A DNA stretch of 64,000 nt, from assembly GCA_950097015.1 (NCBI GenBank), contig CATNEN010000001.1, forward strand, positions 5,580,001 to 5,644,000, in the 5' to 3' direction. A program made the position numbers and the translations under genes. This DNA is from Macrostomum hystrix. Its lineage: Eukaryota; Animalia; Platyhelminthes. A model generated the notes under the pieces. It was not told where the DNA came from and did not search any database. It saw only the letters and a list, made by a program, of their open reading frames with translations. How positions within the stretch are numbered: position 1 is the stretch's first letter; every line of letters starts with the position of its first letter. Below, piece after piece: positions 36,140 through 47,012 of this stretch.

Positions 36140-37665
36140 GGTAGGTGACTCTGAAAAGCATGAAGCCTGATGCTGTGCCCGGTGTCGATGGGGTCCCTCC
36201 CAGAGTCCTCAGGCTCCCAGAGTTCAATTCGATCATCACCACACTCCTCAACAAATATTCCGTTCCTGGAGGCGATGCCGGCGCCGAGGCTCCCTCCATC
36301 TGGCGCACCTACAAGATTGTCTCAATTCCGAAGAAGGCCAGCCCACCAGCTTGGACAACCAGAGGGGCATCGCTCTGGAGTGTAGCCCCCAAAACTGCTC
36401 AATTCGATCCTGAAGAACAGACTGCTGCCAGTCATCAACCCGCTTCTGCTGGGCGCTCAGAGCGGATTCCGCCCTGGCAGATCTACCGTCCAGCAAATCG
36501 CTACCGTCCGCAGCATCATCAAATCCTGCGTAACGCGGCAGAAGTCGGTGACCATCGTGTTCATCGACTTTCGCAAAGCCTTTGACTCGGTCAGTCGAGA
36601 TGCCATCGGGTGGCTCCTCTCTTACTACGGCGTTCCACCAACTCTAGTGATGGCAATCATGGACCTCTACTCCGACATCCGTGCTTTTGTCGAGATGAGG
36701 AAGGACGTCACCAAGACCTTCACTACCAGCTCCGGCGTTCTCCAAGGGGACACCCTGGCCCCTTTCATCGTTATCATCATTATCGATTACGTCCTGCGCC
36801 GCTCCCTTTCTGAAAACAAAGCCTACGTTGTTGCTCGGCGCCGCAGCTCGAGTCACCCTGAGACCACGCTAGCTGCCCTCGCTTTTGCCGACGACATCGC
36901 CCTAGTGTGCTGAGACCCTTCGGCCGCTCAGTCGACCCTCAACAGGATCTGCGAGGAAGGGGCCAGAGACGGCCTCGAAGTGAACGCCCGCAAGACTGGG
37001 GTGCTCCACGTCGGCATCAGCGACCCGCCTGCTCTCACCCTCGCTAATGGTGACGAAATCACTGCATGCTTGGACTTTCGGTAGCTCGGCTCGCTTGTGG
37101 TCTCTCCGGAGGACATCGTCGCCGATCGTCATGCGCAAGCCTGGAGAGCTACCCGACAGCTGAGCCTCATCTTCTGCTCGCCCCTGCCTGACCAACTAAA
37201 ATCACGATTATCTGCCATAGAGCCGATATTCCTTTATGGCTTGGAAGCTCTGCCAGTCACGAAATCTCGCAACTGGGCTCTCGATGCCACCTTCAGGGCT
37301 TTGCTGCGCTTCACTCTTGACGTGCGCTACCCCGAAAGGCTGTCAAATCGTGCGCTCGCTGCTCGCTTCTGCGTCCCGCCGGTGAGCTCCGTTCTCAGGG
37401 CGCGAAGACAGCGGCTTCTCGGCCACGTTCTACGCAGCTACGGACGCGGTGAAGCCAACCCCCTGGCGATCGTTGTGCTAAATCCGCCAAGCGAACCATT
37501 TCGACGCAGACATGCGTGCACTGAAACTGTTAAAGACCTTCACTAGTGACCTTCAGACCATCCATCTCACTCCGCTTGAGGCTACTTTCTGCCCCGTCTG
37601 AGCATTTTCGCGAGCGTGTGAAGCGCTAAGGGTCTTTTAATCTTCAGCGTCTTAATAATAATAAT
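36140..37665 (+). mobile_element. 5'-truncated, decayed non-LTR retrotransposon (RTE-like reverse transcriptase)
   Basis: PGVDG, IVSIPKK, FIDFRKAFDSV, GVLQGDTLAPF, FADDIAL, F-R-stop-LGS, FLYGLE, LLGHVLR. Contains frameshifts and stops, and ends in a (TAA)n tail at about 37654. Confidence 0.92.
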
Positions 37666-38336
37666 GTGACCACTGAAGAACGGAGATGATGCAAGCACTT
37701 TAGGGTGACATGCTGATAAATTGTGAAGGCCTGGCAAGACCGCACTGAGGCGCAGCGCTAATTCATGTATGAAATACACTAGCGCTTAAGGGAAAATCTG
37801 ACCTGCCAGAAACATTGAATATCTCGACGATCTAAAGAGCTGGCGACTTGATTATTGTTTGAGAATATGCGCAACAAAAAGGTGGCCGATTTGATGAGTT
37901 TCGTGTGCTTGCGTTGCTCCGTTCAGGTTCAGCAAAACCCCTCACAGTAGTTCAACGTTAGGCTGTTTTGGCATCGGCATAAGAGTGGAAGTTCTTTTCG
38001 ATTATTTTTAAGTTGTTATATGCGGTCACAAATATTGGGAGTTAAGAACACCCAAACTCAGGCTAAAAGTGACGTGCAAGATATTTGGGACTGTGTGGTT
38101 TTACGTTTACGAATGTAAATGGTTCATGAATGTAATGGTTTATGAACACCCGTGGCTCATCGGCGTTTAAGCCTTTGAGGCGCTGCAGCAGAAGTGATCA
38201 GAAAAAAATAATAATGCATCTGAAGTGATGCTTTTTGATGACATCGCAGTTTGGTTCTGGCCTGAATGGCAGGTCCTTGTCCTCCTGCAATCCACTTTGC
38301 TTATAGGACACACTTGTCTGATTGGATTTGACTAGC

Positions 38337-38910
38337 GGCTTTCAACTTCTATTTCAAACTAAGTAAATTCAATTTGGCCCGCGGGGAGGGGGATGCTCGT
38401 GTGTACCCGATTAGTAACTTCAATTTCGTCAGCGAGACCGGCCTGCCCAAGTTAGAGGAAATCAATTTCACAATTTCACAGCGATTTGCGTTTGCGTCCG
38501 CTCTGTGAAATATAGACTCTGTCCTTGCCTTGGATCTTTGCCGACGCCGCCACCGACTCCGCCGCAATGGAATTATAACAATTCTGTCGAGTGTCAAGAG
38601 ATTTATGGTCCCGTGAATTTATTACCCTATTGGACAGAATCACAAAAATTTAGCTAATTGGATAGCGCCAACACTTTCACATCCAGCCACTCTTGAAGCT
38701 CCGATCTTATTGGAGCGACAATACGAGCTCTTTTTGTTGTTTGTCTCCCACTTGGTGTCTTGCCTGAGACGTCAAAAATAGATATTGAAAGTAGGCCCAT
38801 CATGGCCTATATTAATGTTTGAAGCTGGATGAAATCGAAGTTACTAACGCCAGCCGGAGAGCCGCCGGGCGAAATTGAAGTTACTTAGTTTGAAAAAGAA
38901 GCTTAAAACC
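38337..38910. mobile_element. MITE-like non-autonomous DNA element with imperfect terminal inverted repeats of about 45 bp
   Basis: CTTCTATTTCAAACTAAGTAAATTCAATTTGGCCCG (about 38346) versus CGGGCGAAATTGAAGTTACTTAGTTTGAAAAAGAAG (about 38866-38901). A subterminal inverted pair lies at about 38411 and 38825-38847. Confidence 0.75.
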
Positions 38911-39255
38911 AATATTGCGCAAATTAAAACAAAATTGACAATCGTTTTCGACAAAGCTAAATCTATTTCTATTTCTACGAGTTAAAAGCACATTGTAGTT
39001 TAAAAATATATATGTTGTATCTACTTTCAAAAAATACACAGTACTTCAGTCCATTAAGTCCGTCGTCAAGCAGGCATTACTAAGAAAATGATTACTGCAA
39101 TGAACAAATATGAACAAAATTTGTTAAAAATAGGTTCACTCAGGAGCAGGAACAACAATTTAGTGGTACGTTAATCACCTAAATCATGTGAGAGCGAATC
39201 AACAAAACACAAGTACAAGAAATCTTGAATCACGCCAAAAATCTAGTTTAGTACG

Positions 39256-40851
39256 TTACTTAACAATGTTATAAACAATGAGCGCTTTTTTGCCCTCGTT
39301 AGCAACAACCAGAGTGCTAGTGCCACCAAATTGCACCAGGATCAAACTGAATCTCTGCTTTTTATTCGACGGCTGCAGATCTGCAACTGTCAATGTTTGA
39401 AGGATCGATCCCACAGTGCCAGAAAGCACGCGGATAAACTGACCATCTTGTTCAGAGACGAGCACCAAGCCACTGCCGTCAGCGACTGCCTGCCCGGGAC
39501 ATACGAAGTCTTGCCCAGCACTCGGTGCCGGATAGCGAGCCAGAAGTTGACCAGTGATACTGCATACTTTATGCACTAGACCGTTATGGAAGTTTAACAG
39601 AAGCACTTTGCTACCGTGCAATGACAACTCATCAAGTCCACCTGTTTCAAAGCAGCTAACGTCGATGGCTGACTGCAGCTTACCCGACTCCTTGCTTATT
39701 ATAAGGACATTTTTTAAAGCTCTGTTAAGAATGTAAATCTTGTCAGTATTGCCATCAATTGCGGTGATACGCAAAGAGCTCTGATTTAGCAACTCGGCAT
39801 TAATTGTTCGTTTGAGTTCTCCGCTGAGGTCTGTCACAGTCACGGAGAATAGTTGAGCTACGAACAGCCACTGTCTGGCATCATCATAGTGAAGACCGCT
39901 GATCCATTCGCTCCAATTCAAATCCGTTCGATATTTTAGCCTAACAGCACCGTCGAGTGAAGTCACCAGCAAATGGCTGATCGTCTCTTCGGAGAATGCC
40001 GAATGCGATACGATAAGGCAAGGACTTGGCAGCCGATTGGAATCTGAATCAACAGTGGCAGCCTTCACAATAAAACCCGAAGAATCGGCAGAGAATCCGA
40101 CAGAATTGGAGCAGCATGTCATGTGGCAGGGCGCACTGTCGAGATTGTCAATCTTATGCGAAGCCTTTGGAGAACAGAAAACAGACAAATCAGTTGCAGT
40201 CTGCACACTATCGTCCAGCCAGCAATGCTGCAGCACGCTCGTCATGTGCCTGTTAATAATGTATTGCAGCTCCTGCACACCTGTTGCCACATCTCCAACT
40301 GACCGAACGATAACATTGCCAGCGAGGCCTTGCTTCACAGAGCTCTGTCGGTCGCGCAGCTTTGATCGAGCCTCATCAAACTCCTCAGATCGCTCTGTGG
40401 CCTCTTCAAGCCACAGCTCGGCAGACATAGTGAGCTCAGCCAGCCTCCTCATGTCTCCAGCATCGCAGGCGGTCGCCACATCCTTCTCGACCTGTTCGGC
40501 CTCCGCCGCGTCTCTCATCCGACCGGCGACCGAGTCGAGCACCGCCTGCACTCGAGACAGCGTCCGCTGCCTCCACAGCTGCAGCGCCTCCTGCACTGCG
40601 TCGAACATGCCTGTGGCCTCCTCGAGCTCCGCCTGCAGCGCGCTGTGCTCAAGCCGCAGCTGCACCCTGTCTGTCGAGTTTAGAAGAGTGCTCAGCTTCT
40701 TCACAAGATTTCCTTTGCGCTGGGTTAGTCTGGCAACATCACGATCGAAATGAGCTTGGCAGAGTTGCATGGAACCAAAAATTCCGCTGCCAGCCGCAGG
40801 ACTGCCGCACGACCTGACACCACAGACGGAGCTAGACGTTTCTGCTGACAT
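39256..40851 (-). CDS. intronless TRIM-NHL-like protein (degenerate B-box-like Cys/His cluster, coiled coil, beta-propeller-like C-terminus), 531 aa
   Basis: Long non-repetitive ORF with CGVRSC...LCQAH, then an E/A/Q/R-rich helical segment, then repeated beta-strand units (PGQAVADGSGLVLVSE, KIYILN, LVVANEG). Confidence 0.7.
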   Translation of the reverse strand: MSAETSSSVCGVRSCGSPAAGSGIFGSMQLCQAHFDRDVARLTQRKGNLVKKLSTLLNSTDRVQLRLEHSALQAELEEATGMFDAVQEALQLWRQRTLSRVQAVLDSVAGRMRDAAEAEQVEKDVATACDAGDMRRLAELTMSAELWLEEATERSEEFDEARSKLRDRQSSVKQGLAGNVIVRSVGDVATGVQELQYIINRHMTSVLQHCWLDDSVQTATDLSVFCSPKASHKIDNLDSAPCHMTCCSNSVGFSADSSGFIVKAATVDSDSNRLPSPCLIVSHSAFSEETISHLLVTSLDGAVRLKYRTDLNWSEWISGLHYDDARQWLFVAQLFSVTVTDLSGELKRTINAELLNQSSLRITAIDGNTDKIYILNRALKNVLIISKESGKLQSAIDVSCFETGGLDELSLHGSKVLLLNFHNGLVHKVCSITGQLLARYPAPSAGQDFVCPGQAVADGSGLVLVSEQDGQFIRVLSGTVGSILQTLTVADLQPSNKKQRFSLILVQFGGTSTLVVANEGKKALIVYNIVK

Positions 40852-41029
40852 TGCTGCTCGCTAGCCACCGAGACTGGAATATCATATTAAAAGAAACATT
40901 AACTCCTAAAAGCTGCTTAGCAACAGGGGATGATAAATCTTTGTCAAGGGCCTGTGGGCAGTCAGCACGCAACATATAGGGAGAAAATTCTACTCCTTTG
41001 ACTTTGATTCTTCCTTTGACTCCTTAGAA

Positions 41030-41165
41030 AACACAGGCACACACAGGTGTGTGCTCGTAATATATGCCCTGACTTTATGATTGTGCTTTGGGTGTTTGCC
41101 CCTCATGGGTGTAAATTGCACGACAAGTCTTCCTAAGCCTCCTCTAAGCGGTCGCATCCCACAGG
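41030..41165 (-). mobile_element. decayed SINE family B fragment
   Basis: CACACAGGTGTGT...TGCCCTGACTTT...GTAAATTGCACGACAAG is shared with 43610-43711. Confidence 0.65.
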
Positions 41166-41444
41166 TACATGGACCCGTCTCTAGCTAGCTAATATAAAAG
41201 AAACAAAGACAGATATCATGATATTTATTAGCAAAAAATTCACGAGAATAATGAACTTACGAGAAAAGCATTCAGAAAAAAGTTTTTGGTTCGTAAAAAG
41301 TGAAACAGAAGTGATGTGAATTTAATTTAGAAGCTCAGACAGAACGATTTAGCTTGTAAATATTTGACCATCGAAACATACAAATGTACTTCTTCTATGA
41401 CCGACTTCACTAGGCAGGAATATTACAGTGTATGAATGATGTGA

Positions 41445-41590
41445 GCTCAACCAGCTGTTAAATAAGTACCAGCATCAGCTGGGGTAATTGATGGTGGGTG
41501 TAGCATGCCTCGCAGTCTATGAACTGAACAGCCGTGCGCAGCTTTCAGATGTGCCGGCTGTGGCTGGACATCTGACCGATTTGGGGCATT
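41445..41590 (+). mobile_element. 5'-truncated SINE family A copy
   Basis: CCAGCTGTTAAATAAGTACCAGCATCAGCTGGGGTAATTGATGGTGGGTGT...CTGAACAGC...TTCAGATG...TCTGACCGATTTGGGGCA matches 17289-17445. Confidence 0.85.
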
Positions 41591-41669
41591 TTAACATGTG
41601 TCGTCAAGTGTGAAAGTTTGGATGAATATTATCATTCTGGTCAAGGACGCCAGGCTGATAGAATGCGAA

Positions 41670-44517
41670 TCAATCGAACGCGTCGAACAATGGAAACGAG
41701 GCGCCAGCCGGTGCGGCCAGATCCGCATAGTAACAAGCGGTGCCAGCCCAGCCTTCGAACAGCGAATAGGGACTGTCCGGGCGGCGCGCGCCCCTACGGA
41801 ACTCCTCGGAGTCGAGCATGAATTTGGCGAATTGCTCAGCCTGATGTCGGTAGCGTTCGGCGGCTGTTGAACTGTCGGCAGTCAGCAGGAGGAGACGGTG
41901 CATCAGCAGGAATGCGTATCCGCTGCCGGCAACACCGTGACAGATGCCGGGGCCTTTTCTAAGCAGGCCGCGCTGCCAGATGGCACCGTCGACGCAATCT
42001 TTGCAGGCCTGTGGGAATTTTTACAAAACTCTGAGTCAGTGGTGCGCGGCAGAGCGGTCTAAACGCGCTTGCACCGAGGTTCCTGGGCTCGATTCCGCGT
42101 CGAGGCCACATTCATTTGGGGCTCAGCCGCTGAGAGAAGGCTTGAGGGGCTTGTCGTACAATTTTGGCGCGCTTGAAGGCCAAACTCCACACCTGTACAC
42201 ACCTGTTTGAGTGTGTGCTCAGGAGTCAGCGAAATGGGCAGAATAGCCTCCAAATGATGTGCCAGTGCCGACAGGCTTGTATGTACATGACAGTTAATGG
42301 GTCACCTAATACATTTGAGAGTTCGGTGGAAAAAAATTCAGCAAGCCAGGATACCATCAACAGAAAAATGCCGGAACCAACCTTAAGGTAGCGACTGCCG
42401 CCCCACACCCGATGAGCCCTGGCATAGAGGTAAACCAGTCCAGGTGATCCGTGGCACCAGTGTACCAGCTCGCCGTAATTGGCCTCCTCAAGTCTAGGCC
42501 CAACATTGCCGTCTTGATTGGCTTCACCGACACTAATTAGCCAATCAACGCTAGCCTGTACGGGACCTCCGGGACTGAGGTGCGGGCCAGGCCAACTGAG
42601 CAGGGCGAACAGAATCCCACCGAGGCCGTGAGCAGCGCCAAGATACTCGACGCCGTGATAGGAGTACCGGAGCGGTGGCGATGAGGAGGCTAAAATGTTC
42701 ATAAAAGACAGCATTAATTCGCTTTTATCCCTAAGTTGGTCACAATCTGTTTACATTTGGTCATTATCTCTTCACACTCTCAGTTGGTCATTGTCCCTTC
42801 ACAATCTTAGTTGGTCATTGTCCCTTCACAATCTTAGTTGGTCATTGTCCCTTCACAATGTCAGTCGGTCATTGTCTCTTCACAATCTCAGTTAGTCATT
42901 GTCCCTTCACAATGTCAGTTGGTCATTGTCCCTTCACAATCTCAGTTGGTCATTGTCCCTTCACACTCTCAGTTGGTCATTGTCTCTTCACAATCTCAGT
43001 TAGTCATTGTCCCTTCACAATCTCAGTTGGTCATTGTCATATTAAATGGTCATTCACCCGAAGCTCCCTTAGCCGAGCCGGACTTCAGCGCGGCTTTGAC
43101 TAGTCCCTCCGCCAGGTTGCGGGCACGCCCAGCCAAAGCCGGGTTTCCGGCCACGGGCCCTAGGCGGAGCAGTCGACGCAGGCCAATCAGGCAGCCGGCT
43201 CGACCGACGAACAGCTCGTCGGAGCCGATGCCAAGCGGATCGCCGGGTAGAGGCAGGCGCCGTCCGCATTCAGCTAGAAAGCGTTCGGCGTGTTGCAAGC
43301 ACTCGTCGGGTCGATTTTCAGCGGCGGCGATCTGATTGATTGATAATTGTTTTGGTCTGCGCAAAATCATGACTTAGAACAAATTTAGAAGACAATATGC
43401 GCATTTGTTTAATTTCTACTCGTAAGTAGGACAGATAGGAAAATGAGCATTTTAGCTCGTATTATTGATAAATAATAGCTGCGGGAGGGCTGCGGGCAAC
43501 GGAACGCTATTTGGAGACACTAGACCCGCAGCCAGCGAGGAGGCAATGCTGCCATTTCGCTGACTCCTGAGCACACACTCACACAGATACTGTACTCAGG
43601 CACACGCTCACACAGGTGTGTACATCTGCCCTGACTTTCTTTTCGGCAGGTAGTGTACACTATCACTGTGCCTTGGAGGTTGGCCCTCAAGGGCGTAAAT
43701 TGCACGACAAGCCCCCAACCTTCTCTTTTGCGGCTGCGCCCAAAAAAATGTGACCTCGCTGCGAAAACGAGCTCAGGGACCTTGGTGCGAGAGACAAACG
43801 CCTTAACCGCTCTGCCACTCACTCCCCGTTGTATTTTATTAGCTAGACTTTAATTGTATAACTAGAAATCTAAATGAACGAAAGCAGTGACACTTCAGAC
43901 TCTCGCACTTAAGTTCCTTAGTTAGAATCCGCATCGAGGCCACGAGGGTCGCAATTTATTGTGCAATATACACCTATGAAATCCAAGGAGAGTGAACATA
44001 CCCTGACCTGATGAGAAATCATAGAACACATTCTATTTAATAAAAAATATCTACAGGCTAAATAGCCGAGCATTTCACCCACCTCGGCCGCTAGCATAAA
44101 ACAGCCAGCAGCTCCGAGAACAACAGAGTCCTTGGGCTCGGCAGCTGGCGACACTCTGGCATCGATATCCTGCAGCACCCGATTGCTGAAGCTGCAAGCT
44201 GTAGCCAATAGCCAATCGCGATCGTTCGATTCCAGCAGTTGGCCAATCGATCGATAGGCATGCATGCAGGCGTAGGCCACACCAGAGCAGCCAACATACA
44301 GGCCGCCGTCTTGATTGCCCAGCTCGCTAGCGGGTTGACGCTGAGCGCACGTGCGCAACAGGCGCAGAGCTCGTCGAGACCATTCAACTGGCGGGTCCGA
44401 TGATACACTAGGCGACGGATCCTGCAGTAGGCGATTCGCGAAGTAGCGACCGACAACGGACGAGGCTTGACTGGCTGAAGACTGCAACATTGTGGTCCAT
44501 TTGCTTTCGTAACTCAT
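41670..44517 (-). CDS. LANCL3: LanC-like protein 3, 4 exons, about 451 aa
   Basis: Exons 44517-44083, 43331-43058, 42689-42382, 42008-41670 with phases 0,1,0. Motifs: GGLYVGCSG, SDELFVGRAG, YLGAAHG, LVHWCHGSPG, WQRGLLRKGPGICHGVAGSGY (LANCL3-type), SLFEGWAG. The zinc ligands in WCHG and CHG are intact. The start may instead be the ATG at about 44490. Confidence 0.92.
42033..42250 (+). mobile_element. tRNA-headed SINE family B, internally deleted, in LANCL3 intron 3
   Basis: GGCAGAGCGG (A-box-like) and GGCTCGATTCCG (B-box-like); the body is shared with 43460-43827 (-) and 63545 (+). Confidence 0.8.
42757..43038. repeat. 27-bp minisatellite (AGTTGGTCATTGTCCCTTCACAATCTC)n in LANCL3 intron 2
   Basis: About 10 visible copies. 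Confidence 0.93.
43460..43827 (-). mobile_element. tRNA-headed SINE family B, most complete copy, in LANCL3 intron 1
   Basis: The minus strand begins GGAGTGAGTGGCAGAGCGGTTAAGGCG...GAGCTCG and ends in an AT-rich tail. Several homologous copies occur in the window. Confidence 0.8.
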
Positions 44518-44564
44518 AGTAGATTAACATACTGGATACTACGAGTAGATAAGATAGGTAGATT

Positions 44565-45732
44565 AAAAACCTGAGGATTTCTGCAGATGGCACTAGCTTA
44601 ACCTGAGGATCTGTGTAGATGGTACTAGCTAAACCTGAGGATCTGTGTAGATGGCACTAGCTTAACCTGAGGATCTGTGTAGATGGCACTAGCTTAACCT
44701 GAGGATCTGTGTAGATAGTACTAGCTAAACCTGAGGATCTGTGTAGATGGCACTAGCTTAACCTGAGGATCTGTGTAGATGGCACTAGCTAAACCTGAGG
44801 ATCTGTGCAGATGGCACTAGCTTAACCTGAGGATCTGTGTAGATGGCACTAGCTTAACCTGAGGATCTGTGCAGATGGTACTAGCTAAACCTGAGGATCT
44901 GTGTAGATGGCACTAGCTAAACCTGAGGATCTGTGTAGATGGCACTAGCTTAACCTGAGGATCTGTGCAGATGGTACTAGCTAAACCTGAGGATCTGTGT
45001 AGATGATACTAGCTTAACCTGAGGATCTGTGTAGATGATACTAGCTTAACCTGAGGATCTGTGTAGATGGTACTAGCTTAACCTGAGGATCTGTGTAGAT
45101 GATACTAGCTTAACCTGAGGATCTGTGTAGATGGTACTAGCTTAACCTGAGGATCTGTGTAGATGATACTAGCTAAACCTGAGGATCTGTGTAGATGGTA
45201 CTAGCTTAACCTGAGGATCTGTGTAGATGATACTAGCTTAACCTGAGGATCTGTGTAGATGGTACTAGCTTAACCTGAGGATCTGTGTAGATGGCACTAG
45301 CTTAACCTGAGGATCTGTGTAGATGGTACTAGCTTAACCTGAGGATCTGTGTAGATGATACTAGCTTAACCTGAGGATCTGTGTAGATGGTACTAGCTTA
45401 ACCTGAGGATCTGTGTAGATGGTACTAGCTTAACCTGAGGATCTGTGTAGATGGTACTAGCTTAACCTGAGGATCTGTGTAGATGGCACTAGCTAAACCT
45501 GAGGATCTGTGTAGATGGTACTAGCTTAACCTGAGGATCTGTGTAGATGGTACTAGCTTAACCTGAGGATCTGTGTAGATGGCACTAGCTTAACCTGAGG
45601 ATCTGTGTAGATGGCACTAGCTTAACCTGAGGATCTGTGTAGATGGCACTAGCTTAACCTGAGGATCTGTGTAGATGGTACTAGCTTAACCTGAGGATCT
45701 GTGTAGATGATACTAGCTTAACCTGAGGATCT
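44565..45732. repeat. 32-bp minisatellite (CTAGCTTAACCTGAGGATCTGTGTAGATGGTA)n immediately upstream of LANCL3
   Basis: About 36 visible copies, period 32. Confidence 0.98.
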
Positions 45733-45904
45733 CAGGTTTGTAGGTTGCTAGGTAACTAGATAGATAAGCGTGAAGAATTTTTAGCTCGTAGGTTGTCATT
45801 CACAAAAATTGTGATTCGTATTGTTTTTTTCATAAACATGTTGACGTTAAAACATCGGGGTATTTTGGATTACTAAAAATATCTGGAAGAACTTGTGATC
45901 GACT

Positions 45905-47012
45905 TGAGGATCTAGGAGGATGTGGGATCACCAAAAGGATGTCGGATTACCAAAAGTGATAAAGGATGTGGGAGGAATTGGGATCACCAAAAGGATCTGG
46001 GATAATGTGGGATAACCACATGTGGTGACTGGGCTGAATGAAAGTGCCCAGTGCACCTTGTTTGAGCGCGCTGCACCCCCCCCGCACTTGGCTGTTTATT
46101 CTTTATCTCGTCCTGCGCCGCGCTGATTGGCTGGGCCATTTCGACCCTGCGCCTCTCCCCCTGTTGTTGTTCACTCGGCCGGATTACACCGGTTGATGTA
46201 CCCTCCCTCCCCCCTAGTTATTTATGTCGTGCGCTGCGCTGATTGGCGGGCCGTGTTTTTTGGGGGTCTAGGGTCTGCCCTGGCCCCTCGGGGTGGGGCT
46301 TTAGCCCCGGGCTCTCCACCCCGCCGCGGTGCTATTTATTGTGGAGCGCTGGACCCTGGCCTCTGCCACCGTCGGCCCCCCTCAAGACAACTACGTGCGA
46401 CACCTAAAATCACGACTGCCTGGCCCCCCCTCTACGGGAACGCTGCCCTGTCTGAGTCTCACTACTCGACTGACTAACAATATACGAGCTTGACTTCCGG
46501 TCATCCGGCCTTGCCTGCGCCGCGCGACTGTGCGAATTTCTGTTTGGTAAGCCTTCGACTCCGCGTTTGTCCTTTGCGGGCTAGCTTTAGGCACCTTAGA
46601 GGAAGTGGAGCGTCGTACGCCGATCCCCACCTCAACCAGTGTGCGTCGTACGCTCGCTGGAGGCCGTCGTGCGTCGTACGCTCGATCTGCCTAGCCCAAC
46701 CGACTCTGTGTCGTACGCGGGTCGGTGGGGACGACCGTAGCCAGGGTCAGTACGCGAGCCCGGGTCCGTGGGGCGCCCCTGGGGATTGAGCCCTCGAGCC
46801 CCATCATCACACACATTTAACTATTGATAAAGGATAAGGGAGGAATTGGGATCACGAAAAAGGAGGTGGGATCACCAAAAGGATCTGGGATAATGTGGGA
46901 TAACCACATTTAACTATTGATAAAGGATGTGGGAGGAATTGGGATCACGACAAAGGAGGTGGGATCACCAAAAGGATCTGGGAGGATGTGGGATAAGCCT
47001 AGGGATCTGGGA
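45905..47012. repeat. degenerate GGGAT-rich tandem repeat (GGGATCACCAAAAGGATCTGGGA-like), interrupted by a solo LTR
   Basis: Matching units at 45960-46020 and 46812-47000. Confidence 0.85.
46021..46811. mobile_element. solo LTR, 791 bp, probably Gypsy/Ty3-like
   Basis: TG...CA ends with a short inverted repeat (TGTGGTGA / TCATCACA). 4-bp target-site duplication CACA at 46017-46020 and 46812-46815. The empty site GGGATAACCACATTTAACTATTG is preserved in the next repeat unit at about 46897. Confidence 0.88.

Noticed and set aside
41670-44517. Lanthipeptide biosynthetic cluster or bacterial horizontal transfer suggested by the LanC domain
   Set aside because: The gene has spliceosomal introns and animal LANCL3-type motifs, and no precursor peptide, dehydratase or transporter lies nearby.
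11904-45732. CRISPR-like appearance of the 20-33 bp repeat arrays
   Set aside because: The units are head-to-tail with no unique spacers, there are no cas genes, and the context is eukaryotic.
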